Shown piece after piece: positions 41,987 to 55,379 of a stretch of 64,000 nucleotides of DNA. The stretch comes from Mytilus trossulus (taxonomy: Eukaryota). Positions within the stretch are counted from its first letter, which is position 1. Each line of letters opens with the position of its first letter. The stretch spans positions 77,190,001 to 77,254,000 of the forward strand of contig NC_086373.1 of assembly GCF_036588685.1 (NCBI RefSeq). The letters run 5' to 3'. Position numbers and translations under genes: made by a program. A model generated the notes under the pieces. It made no database searches, was not told the origin of the DNA, and was given only the letters and a program-made list of their open reading frames with translations.

Positions 41987-42493
41987 TCAAAAGGTAAAGA
42001 TTTATAAGTACTAGCATTTATTTAAAGCTAATTCAAACCAAATTCCAACTAATCAAAAAACGATGTTTCCAAAAATAACATTTATATCATGGCACATTGC
42101 GTGAATTTAGTGTATAGACGTCACAAACAGTTTAAACATGGCTTTTTGTTTCTATTTATAAAAAAAAGCCGATGTGGTATAATGATAATTTAAACAACTG
42201 TCAACCAGAGATCAAATGACGTAGATTTAAGAAACAAAAGTCAACCGTCCGGCCTTCAATAATGAGCAACACCTATACTTCATATTTATCCGATTTCACC
42301 TTTTGTTGATTATTAAACGATTTCCCACAAATGTGCTGAAAATGACATGAAAATTATTCTCTGTTTGATAACATTTGAAATATTTGGCGCTGAGCGTTCC
42401 TAATGAAGGTAAATCAAGAAAAGCGCTTCGAACGTATGAAATTATCAAACGTGGTGTTTTCATCTTTTTTTTTGCAAACTATTCTGATTACAA

Positions 42494-43307
42494 GTGTGCA
42501 ATACTAAATATTATTATATGTATTCAAGTCCGTGAAACATGAAGCGCCATTATATCTTACTGAACTTGTAAATTTATACAGGCCATCAAGATCATTAAGG
42601 TCTGAAAACAACTTAACACTCGTAACTCCTATTGTGCGAACCAAAACCTACGGCAATAGAAGATTTGATCAAGCTGCGGCCATCCTTTGGAATGCATTAC
42701 CAAAAGAACTTCAAAATGCAAAGTCGGTGCCTGTATTCAAAAAGAACTTAAAAACTCACTTTTTTCGACAAGCATTTTTAATCCCTTAAATTCGTTTCTG
42801 TGATACATAGTGCCATAGACGTTAGCCTGCTTTTGATTTATCGAACCTTTCTTTTAACTGGAGATATGTTTCATTTATAATATGTACATTGTATGTTTTA
42901 GTAGCACACATATGTTTTCATTTCAGTAATTATATTTTTACGTGGTAATATTCCTTTTTCATCTTTTGAATACGTTTTCAAATTTTTAACTTATATTTGA
43001 TAATTTTTAATAGCAATCTTATTTTAGACTTTTTTGGCTATTTTATTTTACCAACTTTATTCAGTATAATTTTATTTTGATTCATTAATATATATATTCC
43101 ACTTTTTTTGTAAAAAAATCCACATTATTAATCCTTTTATCTAGAAAAGTTTTAACACTTAAATATTTATTTTGTGTGTTCATGTTTTATATTTTTATCA
43201 CTGTCTGTGTGTATATTTCGTTTAACATGTGATGTAAAGCGCTTTGAGTAATATTGTTTTAGATTTAGCGCTATAAAAAAATTGTAATAATAATAATAAT
43301 AATAATA
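42494..43307 (+). mobile_element. 5'-truncated L2/CR1-group LINE (ORF2 C-terminus, 3' UTR, (TAA)n tail)
   Basis: ORF 42532-42789 AP.YL.EL..Y.PSRSLRS..KTYG.R.F..AA..LWN.LP..FKK.LKTHFF..AF is the typical L2/CR1 ORF2 end. 3' stem-loop tgtaaagcgctttgag..tttagcgctata, then (taa)8. Flanked by attacaa at 42487-93 and 43308-14. Confidence 0.8.
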
Positions 43308-45095
43308 ATTACAAAAACTCAACATTGACAATTGAACCACGGAAATGAGGTCAAGGTAGTATGAACCTTACAAGATAAACATCTTACAATAATGCCTTAC
43401 ATCAATATAGTGCTCATAAACAATACAATCCAAGAAACTTACCATATCACTAAAACGAAACAATAACCAATGTACGTTAATAAATGAGGAATACACAGGA
43501 CCAAATACTGTATACTTTTTCAAGCAGTCACTGAACCCTAATAATGATAACAGGGAATATGGATATAGAACAAACGTAAACTTGGTTATTTAAGGCTTTT
43601 GCATACAAGGTTTAAAGCATCCGGATATTTTAGAATATGATATATACCATTAGTATACGTTTTATGCACAACCGGACAGTAATCTCGTTGCTGATTTAAA
43701 ATTTTCTTTTATCAAGTTTCCAGTTCTTTGTTTTACCCTATGCTCCAAATGTATGGTATATAATCTTTCAGACCTATACAATTATACTTATTTTCGGGAT
43801 CGTACTTACATGAGCAACATGAAGGGAGCCACAAATGGAGCAAAAGCACCTGAGATCATCCCCATTTTCTGTTGGGGTTGGTGTTGTTCAGTCGTTAGTT
43901 TTCAATGTTGTGTTTTTTGTAGTATTTTTTGTCTGCTAGTCTTTCTCTTTTAGCAATGGCGTTGTGATTTTATTTTCGACTATTATAATGTCCCTCTGGC
44001 ATCTGTTCGCCTATCAATTCCAACTAAATCGTTACGCTTATGCTTGTGTGCAGGTGGAAGACAAACCATTATTTCGTACATGTCTTTGTCCTGAGTATTC
44101 TTGCTTCTAATTGTATTGTATCCTGTTCAAAATGTTGTCATTTTAGTGGTATTGTAAACATTTCCATATGAGCGGGAGGTTTGTCTGACCATGAAACTAG
44201 GTTCAATCCATCTATTATTTGTCTTAAAGAGTCCTGTACCAAGTTAGGAGTATGGCAGTTGTAATCAAACATCCCATTATCGTGTATGTTTGCGTTTGTT
44301 TTTGGTTTTTGTCGCAGTTCAGTGTTTCTGTTGCTTTTCTTATAGTTGATGTGTTCATTCTATTTTGTCTTGTTACTCGAATATGTTATTTGCTTAACCG
44401 ATTTATCACTATTGAGTAGCGTTATACTACTGTTGCCTTTATCTGTGTTTATTTAAAATGTTATTTCTTTGTAGGTAGAGGAACTGTTTTCTCGTGTGAA
44501 TCTGTTTCATAGCCCTTCCTATCCTAACTTTTGGTTTCAATTTTCACTTATCCAATTTATTAAGTTGTTTCCCCTACGGAACCTATATTTACGAAGGTTC
44601 AAACTCGCAATAGAAAACGTTTACTATATATATAAGGCCATTTTATTGTCCTTCTGGTTTGGTTTCGTGTTTCCCGTGTAATTTAATATGGATAAAACAC
44701 ACATAAGAACACCTTGCAAATCAAGTATATAACATTTATAAAGTGTATGCTAAAATGCCTTTGCATCTTTTTTTTTGTACTTTTATAATCCTCTTATTGG
44801 TCTTATCATTCCGTGTTTGATAACTTTCAATGGCTATATTTAAAAAAATAATAATCTGATTAATCTTAATCCCTGTACAATAAACTCATCATTGATACCA
44901 GTATACAAGACTTAATTGTGTCAGTAAAAAAGTTTTTTTTTAACACATTTAAACCCAAGAGATAAGTTTTACGACGAAAGACCTTTAAATGCTCTCAAGA
45001 AAGGTTTCTATATTATATTCCATCAAGGTGTGTTGATTTTACCACAGCATCTTTTATATATTTATTTGAATGGTCATTGGTGGTTTCTAATCTGT

Positions 45096-48000
45096 TCATA
45101 TTCGAACTAGGAAGCTACCGCCGTGGTGATGCACTGACAGAGTTGACGGCCTTGGTCTAGAGGATCTTGGTAGTATGTCTTTACTTTTATTTCGACGTGG
45201 TTTCTTTATCTCGTCTAAGATACCAGTGATCTGTTTTAATCATGGAAAAATGTACATAAAAAGTATTATTCATTGTTATTCATTGTGCATTCTAACACGC
45301 TAGGTTTCGTTGATGAACTTTCCATTTAACAGTGGTTTTCTAAATTTCGAATAAATAAAGATATAAAACTTGTTTACAATTAATCAATTTTTCACGATCT
45401 CTTAATTTTTACAACTGCTGAAAACATATTGAAACCACTTAGTCCTATAACCGACAACATGAATCTATTTAAGAAAAATGCTGCCAAGGAGAAATCTAAT
45501 GAAACGCTGAGGCTAAACTACTACGTTTTATAGAACTCAGTATACAAGATCGTATACAATTTCAAATTATTTGCTGGCAAAAATGTTCTTTTTACCAATT
45601 CGTAATCAAGTCCTCTTAAGACATCTAAAAAGAGTCCATTGTTTTACTAAAAAAGAAAAATACTCGGACCTTTTTTCAATTTTAAACTCTAACATGTGCT
45701 TTGATTCACATAATTTGACTAGCATTGATTCGTTGTACGACCATTACTAGGAAAGTTTCATGCGTTTTACACTTATTTCATATTTTTTAATGTTTTCATC
45801 ACAACGTATTTGACGATGATTAATCAATGATAATAGTTTCACTATCGAAGTATTAGAGGCTTTAAGAAGATAACCCTCGACGGGACCTCTTTTATGTGGT
45901 AACAACTTTTTGTATCAGCTTGCTTGCATAATATTAATGTAGAACATTGCATAAAAGTTCCATTAATTTTAGCAGTGGTCAATACTTGTTGGGTGGCAAT
46001 TTATACAAGATGCTGAACCTTTCAAATCTGAAAAGCTCACCTTTATTTTTTCTATAGGGTTTGAGTTGATCAGTCAAGAGTTTTTATGAAGTGTTTTGTA
46101 GTCTGTTTCTATGTTGTATTTTGTGTTATATTGTTTGTTGATCTTTTTTCAGTTGTCAGCTTATTTTATGTTCACCACTTTTTTCTGCTTTTCTTTTTTG
46201 TTGCTGTCACCTTTTTGTTATAACTTTTTAAGAAATATCCCAAATGTTTAAAAAAAAAATTGGTCATAACTTTGCAAGATTTTTTTCTCACAAATTAGCC
46301 AGTGCTAAAAGAAATAAATCTTTTCTTTTGAATTGCCTTATAAAAGTCAGGTATATGAAAGCTGCTTCCATTAGTGTGATGTGTTTGAGATTTTGATTTT
46401 GCCATTTGACAAGGGACTTCCGTTATGAATTTACCATGGAGTTCAATATTATTTATTTAACTATTTTCTTAATAAGGTTTATTGTTCTGTTTTCTTTCTT
46501 ACATATCACTAATTTCTTACCCATAGATAGAATGCAGCAGCACCGATACTAGCGTCACGTATCTGTACTAGATTGTAGGGTTTAAGTATACTGTTGATTT
46601 TACTGATCATGGTTGGTGACGTCGAGTTGAAATCAAACTGTGAGACTCTCCTCATTATATTTTCTTTACCGGTTTTAAAAAGAAGACCCTGGCAGTCCTT
46701 CCATGTCTGTATACGAATGAAAAAAACCCACATATTTAACGTATAATAAGTGTATAAAAAAGGTTGGAAACGGTAAGCATTATGCTGATAAAACATTAAA
46801 AGTAATGATTGAAAAATATACATAAAAGGCTTAAGTTAGCGGTATAATTGGAAGAACAAGTGTAAGGTACCACCTTAAACTTAATATAAGTGTAACAAAA
46901 ATGTTGGAAACGGTTAGTATTATGCTGGAGAAATATTAGAATAATGATTGAAAAATAAACAAAAAAGGCTTTATTTAGCGGTATAATAAGGAACAAGTAT
47001 TCATGTTTGAAATTATTCAGTAATAATAACCAGGCTATAAACAAATGAGTGTTCCCCGAGACAGAAATTTAATACTAAAATTTCTATGAAAAAGTCTGTA
47101 ACTTGCACACCAAATAAATATTATTTTACCTGAAGTTTCTTAGGGTCATCTCCAAGAAGTATACAAGTGGCTTTAAGAATCTGATGAACACTTTCAGGAG
47201 GTGTCATATATTTTTTCATTTCGGTCAGCGTGTTTTGATTCATTTTTAACAAAGGCTTCATCAATTTTTCGACTTTTGTTACTCTGTCGAGAATCTTTTT
47301 TGATAGTTGAATTTGCATGTCAAGTCGATGATCAAAGTTTGCCTCCTTTGCTTCACTGATATATTTCTTAATTGTTTTAGGATTTCGTCGACGACATGCT
47401 TCTGCCATTTCTATAAAATAACATTTCATTACATTAAAATCTTAGAGTCGATAGATACAGGAGGGACAGCCAAACTCAAAGATAAAAAATAAACTGAAAC
47501 AAAAAATGAATCATTTTTGTTCATATATTAGGCCGTTAGTTTTCTCGTTTGAATCGCTTTGCTTTTGTTATTTCGATGCCTTTAACAGCTGACTATGCGG
47601 AATGGACTTTGCTCATTGTTAAAGGCCGCACAGTGATATCAAGTGGTTAATTATTTCTGTGTCATTTGATCTCTAAAGGAGAGTTGTCTCATTGGCAATC
47701 ATACCACATCTTCTTTTTTTATATTGACAACGCCATGACTAAAAAAGAAAAAGACAAACAGACAAATGATATTACACAAGACACAACATAGAAAACTAAC
47801 GCAAAGCATCACGAACCCTCTCATGTGCTCCGGAAGGATAAGCAGATCCTGCTCCACTTGTAAAAGGGAACGGGATTATAGTTACGACATAAGGAACAAT
47901 GACCGATTAATTTACATAGGTAACATAGATGAGTTAATTTTCAAACGCGTTACATGTTTGCTTCTCTAAACTTTAGATATTCGTGGAAATTGTTGACTTC

Positions 48001-51000
48001 TCATTTTAATGTAAAACAAAAAAGAGTGTCATAATATTTTTGATAATTTTTTATTTTTACTTAACGTTTATAAAATAATAAAATTGAGAAAGGAAATGGG
48101 GTATGTGTCAAAGCGACAACAACCCGACCATAGAGCAGACAACAGCCGAGGCCACCAATGGGTCTTCAATGTAGCGAGAATTCCCGCACCCGTAGGTGTC
48201 CTTCAGCCGGCCCCTAAAACCTGATACAAAAACTAAGTACTTACTTTCCTTGACTGTGAGCTCTTTAACTACTTTCTGTACATAAGCTACCATCTTATCC
48301 TCGGGGTCAAGGTCAAACTGCTTGAATCGCTTAAGTTGTGTCTTCATTTGTTTCAGGTCTTTTGATTTCAATGCCTTTGCCATATTCTTCTTAATAGACT
48401 TTTCTTTAACTGAAAAGATCAGTGTTAATAAGTTAAAACAAAGTGCAGTAACAACCCCCCGTTTCGATTTCTTTGTGTTAAAAGTGAAAAGTGAAAAAAT
48501 CAATAATTTGAATTAATTGAAATGCATTCCTGACATTCCTTTAATGAGAAGTTCAAGAACCTATTATTTCAGGCAAAAACATGTTATGAGACGAAAAGCA
48601 GTAAATTATGCAGATCATTAAAACCCCAGTAAGAACCGTTTAAATAGAAATAGCACCATTAAACTATATTTTATGTTGTATGCATAGAAAGGTGTTTTAA
48701 GTCAATTTTGTTTAATTCTAAGATTAAACTATCGAAAATATTCGTAAGATTTTGTAGTACTTTGACCTTGACATCTTTGGTTTTTTTTTTTTAGATTTTC
48801 TTGGCATTCTTTTAAAGTAAATCGAAAATTCAAGATTTTATCGATCATTGTCGCAATAAAGAGGATTCTTTCTTTATTTTATACTAGAACACACCCGCGA
48901 AATCGCGGGCATATACAGCTTGTGAACTGTTGTAGGACGATTTTTGGTGAAAGATATTATGTATTGAGAATTACATAAAAGGTATCTTCCTTTTTCCAAA
49001 GTCCGATATTTGTTTCCTTTCTGTTAAATTCAATTATATTCGTGTTTCTTGCCATCGACCACAATTATTCTTCTTCTTTGCTACAATGCTTCTTTTGGTA
49101 AAAGTCAAATCAAATTAAAAATTTGCACCGTTTCAAACACGAAATAAATGTAACTGCTTATATATAGACCATTATTATTATAAAAAATATGCTTCTATGA
49201 CAATCCATCAGTGCTTTTTTAGAGCCTTATTAACATGCCAATGGTAGGATTTGAATCATGTTTAAATGACTAATACCGACTAAGGCTAATTTGAGGGGTT
49301 GTCGATCGGAGGGGTCCTGATCCCGAAATGCCGGGCTTAAAACCATGAAATCCCGAGATGCAGAATTTAAAGAAATTCATATCCCGAAATCGAAAAATAT
49401 ATATTCCCGGATCCCGTAATGATCAATCCCCAAATCCCGAGCTTAAAAACACCCGATCTCGAAACCCCGAAAAAGGTCCTGCCTCCCTCTAATCTCTACC
49501 TTACTTTCATTTTTGCCAAATTACTATTTTCCCTTTTAATGATAAATTATATATAGAAATTCCCTGACAAAATACATGGAGTCTCTATATATTATAGTAG
49601 TATAAATTTGTATAATCGTAGTTTACATGTAGATAAACGCGAAAAATATTTGTCCTCTCTAAGGGATATGATAGTTGTGATTTTTGCGACCTAAACACCA
49701 TGATATGGAGAACGCTCTACGATTGGTTGTACTTGTGTCACATGTTTTACTTATTTTAATATGAATGCAACTGGTATGACCCCTTGAATAGTAAACATTA
49801 AAAAAAAACAGTAGACAGAATACAGAGATTCTCTATATATTAAAGAAGTATTATCGTAGATAAACGCGAAAAATCATTGTCCCCTCTAAGGAGGTATAAT
49901 AATTGTGGTTCTTGCGATCTAAACACCATGATAAAGAGAACGCTCTGATTGGCTTATCTATTTTTCTTTTTTGTTATCTATCATACGATTGGTTGTATTT
50001 GTGCATGTTTCAAACAGGAAGTCTTATCTATGACTAAAAGTCAGTCTGATGACGGAATCATTTCCGGACTCCTTTTTTGTCGTTTTTCTCCCAAAATAAC
50101 TCAATCTGAATAATCATAAGAATGGATGACAAATGCGACTATGCATGTTACTTATAGGACACAGAGGCATGATGATTGATTTATTATGGAAGGAAGAGAA
50201 GCGACACCAAAAATGAGGTCTTCTCGTTTAATAGTATAGATTAGTGTAAATGATTAATCTCTTGAATTTATTACTTCACATTTGAAACAACTGTTGTATA
50301 TACAAACATTATTATTTGAGACTACCTTGCTTAAATTGTTCTTTTGCTATTTCTTCCATTTCATCCATGTCTTCTTGAAAGTCTGTATCTTCCGTCATAG
50401 CCACAGATTTTGTTCCGTCTTCAGTAAAGGAGACCGACGCGATATCTTCATTAAAAGTTATCGCTGTATCTGATTCATTGCCATCCATTTCTTGTTCTTC
50501 ATTAACTTCAGCATTGTCACTGTCTGAATCTTCACTACATACCTCCTCAAACTGACCCTGTTCAAATACGCTATCCTTTCTGTCCGGAATGGGTTCTTCA
50601 ACAGGTTCTATTTCATCTACAGGTTTGAGCGTATTAACGAGTTCTTGGAAATCATCTTCGTAAATGTCTTCATCCTTTTTGAAATGTATATAAAACCTTC
50701 CGCTCGTACATATTGCATTCTCATACTTATCATGCGTGAACACCTCCAGTACATATTCGCCATAATCATTTAAACGTATTTCAATTGAATCTTTGTTAGT
50801 TTTTACTTTTATTTCGTTTTCATTTTCGTATATCTTCTCATCTGTTTTACGTACAGTTGTAAATATTGTCTCGTACTGTGTTGGACTCGGTATCGGAATA
50901 ACGACGTCAGGTTTAGCAGTAATAATTGTGTCTGATATTATATTTTCCACGATACTGTCATCGGAAAACCTTACTCGTCTTATTATGTTTCCTTCGGAGT

Positions 51001-54000
51001 GAATGAAGAAACTGTGTATCTGATGCAATCGGGAATGATCATTTTTCTTGAATGCAAATACATTCATAGAATATTCTCCAGGAATCGGCATGTCAACGTC
51101 AAATTTCCATACTCCATTATTTACTTCTGTTTCAACTGATACTCTACTGTTGCCCTCGCGTTTACAACAAGAAAGCTCACAAAACAGCTCAAGTGAGTCA
51201 TCTGCCCGGAAACGAAACGAAGCTGTTCCATCTGGAGCTTTTAAAGAGTCTCCGGTTTTACTCAAACATTTCACTCCTAGTGACATGGCATCTAACTTTG
51301 CACCTAGTTGACCCTCGGGAATGTTGGGATAAGGTAAATTACATGGTCTTTCCTCTCCTTTAAATTTGATTACAAAATTCAGCAAGTCAGTTGGGAAATT
51401 TTGAGTAATATTGTCTTCCGTTTGACCAATATAAAACTTAATAGCATATTCGCCTTCTCTTGGTAGTTTTATATTTGCTATGTACATTTCTTTTTCTCTT
51501 CTAGCAACAACATGTCTGCTCAGAGTACCACTTCCTATCAATAGGCTTTTGAGCATGTGGGATATTTCTAATTTTGCATCAATATGAATGATAAATTCTA
51601 CTACGCCATTCCCTGTCCTTATAAATGGTGATTTTGGGGAAATTGCGTAGATATCCAATTTTTCTGCATGCGGATTATTACCGAATCCTACTTCCGGAAA
51701 ATCAGGGAATGGTAAACATGGTTCTTTGGGGTCTATACAGTCTATCATGTATGAACAAACTAATGAAAAATTATTTGATTTTGTGAAATCACATCCATAT
51801 ACATCGAACTGATATTTTCCATAAAACGGAAGTCTTACTTTGAATATTACTTTATCTTGTGTGTGAATCACACTCACAAACCTTTCTAGTAAAATATCGA
51901 CTGGTTTATTTGTTTGAATTTGTGTTCTTTGCTGGGTTAGCATAACCTTGAATAAATAATTTGAACTCCTTTTTGGCGGAAGGGCAAACGAAATATTAAT
52001 TGTCTCTTTTTCGGCTGTCATTTTGTTGGAAATACAACTTCTTTCAACAATACTCATTTCATACATATGAAAATATTCTCGTAAATATGGCGACTTTTCA
52101 AATTTAGAAAACTTTACCGGAACTGGAAGTAACTGCCAGAATTCTTCATCCGGGAAGTGCGTATAGATGAGTTCGTGTGGGTCAGAGAAAAAGTAGAATT
52201 CATTATATCTTACGATATCATCGATATCCCCTCCTTTTGAAATTTTGCCCTCTGAACTTATGTTTATTGTGTTATCGCTATTGCGACCAAGTACGCATGT
52301 TGACGCCCAGAAGACATCAACAAATTGCCATTGACCTTTTACATAAACGGCATTCCACTGGCTGTCCAACTCCTCACAATTAATGTCGCAGCCGACTTTG
52401 TATAGCTCACCTTTCGTAATACCATTTATGATAACGCACGGAATGTCTGCTAACCTAAAATAAATAATATATTCAAAGATCTACATCAATTGCCAGAGGC
52501 AACTGTCTCCAAACATATAGAAACACAAACAATAAAAGTGAACGTGTGAATAATCTACAGCTAAGACGTGGTTAAATCTGATTTTAACATTAGTAAAGTA
52601 TCAGTTTAAAGACAGATATTTATGAATGCCACTCTTTAAATTTCTATACCATACCAAATTTTAAAGATTGGTTTTCTGATAGTATTGTATAATCAAAACG
52701 CAATATATCAAAAAAAATGTTGGCTTTCAATCGTTTCGGTTCTTATACAATATTATCTTTCAATATATTTGGCATGTATGGTATCTAATAAAGGTAGATC
52801 CAGAAAAGTCATTCGAATGTAGAACATTTATAAAAGGTTGCTTCATTATACTGCATAGTGGAAGTGCTAGTTGACGAGGGAGAGAGATACTTTTTTTTTA
52901 ATTTATTTATCTAAAATAATGAATATCAACTGTATATGAAAGATACTTACAAACACAGCATGTAGAACATCTGAGCATGTGAGATTAAGTCACACTGTAT
53001 TTTAAGCATGTGTTCTAATGGTGAATCAGTAGGAGGAATCATTTCTGAGTCTATGCTGTACACGTCAAATGATGTCATCCAACGAAAAATTGCACGTACT
53101 TTCAATAAATCCCCAATCTGTTTTCCGTCTGGAGTTATCACTAAATATTCTACAACATCCCACATTGTTTTAGTCAATAAATCAAGAGGTGCCTGCAAAA
53201 GAATAAATTTAATATCATATCATTAAAATATGGTCCCACCAAGCAATTTGGCTTCCTCTGCCAATAAGAACTGGCTGCTACGATAAAGCAAATAATGCTT
53301 AAAATGACGTTAAACGCCAAAATCGATCAATCAACAAATCTGTTTTGGATTGCAATTCATTCTTGAGGTCAAGAACAGTTAAATATAAATTTTTGAAAAT
53401 GTAAATTAAGTCTTACGTTCACTCCGACCTGCTGGCACATCGAACTTGGCTTTAAAAGATTGATAAGACACTGAAAAACTTATTTTATTTGACATAAAAA
53501 AAATGCGTCTGTTGTATATATAAGTTACCTCCGACACAATATAATCAATATCAGCAAAATTGATATTTTTCAAAAACTCTTTTTTCTTTAACTTAGGTGG
53601 AAGAGGTCTTGGTTGATCATTTGTCGTTAATGTTCCTCTTCTAGCTGGTAACCCGCGTGGACTATCAGTAGTCGTGTCTCCTGTTGATGATGATTTTCCG
53701 GTACGGTCGGTGTTTGGAAAAGTCCTTCTCCTCGATGGCATATGGCGGAGACCTCCATTGACGTTAGATTCTGACAGCAGACGTTTCTGAAAGATTTTTA
53801 TTGGTTCATTAGCAATAAAAAGAAGATAAATACTGGAAATTGATAACAGGGAACAACCAACTCGAAGCAATGGTAAAACCTATAATTGAGAATAATAGAA
53901 AAAACAATCTTTCTAAGACTTGAAAAATTTGAGAAATCAGCAGTGAAGCAATTCCGTTGACGATACTGATCAAACAACAATTTAAAAAAAATACATGCAA

Positions 54001-55001
54001 ACAAGCAATGTTTTATGTTTACTATTGATCGAGGTATTAGCATTAGAAGCTTGTGAAACTTAAATCTGAAAATTATTAATCTTTGATGCATATTGATAAA
54101 AAAAAAATGAAGAAATCATGCAGATTAAAATCTTAAAATCTGTAAGGTCAACAATAGCTGCATACATATACGGATAATTGGCATGTTCCAGACAGATAAA
54201 CAGTCAGTAGGGAAAATAAATTGAATCTGGTACTCGCGAAATTCATTTGCATAGAAACATCTTAAACTAATTTAACACAAATCTCCTAATGACTGCTGTA
54301 CTCGTCGTTTGTTTTTAAAGGAGGGAAAAAAGTAAAATCACAACTCAGAGGAAAATCAATTAGGAAAGTCCATAATGACATGGCAACATCAAATAACAAA
54401 ACGCATCAAAAACGAATGGACAAGAACTGTCATATTCCTGACTTGGTACAGGCATTTTCAAATGTAGAAAATGGTGGATTAAACCTGGTTCATATAACAT
54501 TAAATGGAAATTCGATTGTATTTCAATTTATTTTTCTTTTTTTACTATTTACCCGAATGTTTTATCGTGATTTTATAATTGTTACCATCCTTGCTAATAC
54601 GGAAAGTTCTAATCAAATGGCATAAGAATATGTAGTATGAGTACCAGTTGAACAACTCTCGATCCAAGTCAACATTTGTAAAAGTAAGCCATTAAAGCTC
54701 AAACTTTGGCCTTCTACATGGGGCATTGGCTCCAACCCAACAGCAAGCATAACCTCCAAAAGTACTGATTCACTGAGACATGTTAATACCATAGATTGAG
54801 CAAACAGTTATAGATATCGAATCATCTTAAATGCAGTGAAGTTTTAGCTATGTGGTTATTTCTGTTTCCACAACAGTATTATGTAAAATGCAATATATTA
54901 CTTTTATTAATAATATGCAGACTTACCCCTCTTTGATAATTAGCTGCAAAACTCTCTCTGTTGTGGTTACTTTCTGGAACAGACGATAAGTTGCTTCCCA
55001 T
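45096..55001 (-). CDS. Paralog 4: KY/hillarin-like pseudo-transglutaminase, Ig-like repeats, dynein-type MTBD (8 exons, about 1156 aa)
   Basis: Exons: 55001-54927, 53786-53529, 53192-52951, 52454-50326, 48409-48245, 47410-47130, 46706-46521, 45230-45096; sum 3471 nt, in frame. Starts MGSNLSS. QWNAVYVKGQWQFVDVFWAS, EFYFFSDP..THFPDEEFWQL; EMKKYMTPPESVHQILKATCILLG; IRDASIGAAAFYLW. The terminal exon is less certain than the internal ones. Confidence 0.83.
46742..47000. repeat. Two-copy ~140-bp tandem duplication in intron 6 of paralog 4
   Basis: ataagtgta..gttggaaacggt.ag.attatgctg..taatgattgaaaaata..aaaaggctt..ttagcggtataat..gaacaagt occurs twice. Confidence 0.75.
48884..50240 (-). mobile_element. 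Non-autonomous Helitron in intron 4 of paralog 4
   Basis: Minus strand reads A|TCTATACTATTAAACG ... CCCGCGATTTCGCGGG hairpin-tgtgtt-CTAG|T: canonical 5'-TC, 3' hairpin + CTAG, inserted between A and T, no TSD. Confidence 0.85.
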
Positions 55002-55379
55002 AGTTAATTAAAAATGCATGTGACATCAGCTTCCATTAACTCCTGCATTGCATGTGCAGTTTACAATGATTTACTACTTTACAAAAGTACAGACTTTTAA
55101 TTAGCCTACATTTTCTTTTAATTTTATGGATTAAAAGTTATAATGCTCTTAACATACTTTTTAATAGCCCAATGCAAGGGATTGTGATAATCTTGGCTAG
55201 GTCATGATATGATCTGCATAAGCAGGAATCATATTTAAACTTAAAAAAACCTTGATGTTTACAGAGCAAGCTATTCAAATTGGAGTGTTGTATCAAATAA
55301 GCATTTTTAAAATGTCACAATTTAATGAATTTTTTCAATTTTGCGAAGTAATTGTCAAATGTTTACTAGCATCCCGAGG

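Noticed and set aside
42385-42445. Hammerhead-ribozyme-like motif (ctaatgaaggtaaatcaagaaaagcgc); weaker relics near 13890 and 32800
   Set aside because: The core CUGAUGA is mutated to CUAAUGA and stem II is poorly paired; at most a decayed relic of a Penelope-associated repeat.
45096-45110. C-terminal LVRI of paralog 4 as a class II PDZ ligand
   Set aside because: The motif is too degenerate, is not shared by the paralogs, and the terminal exon itself is only moderately certain.
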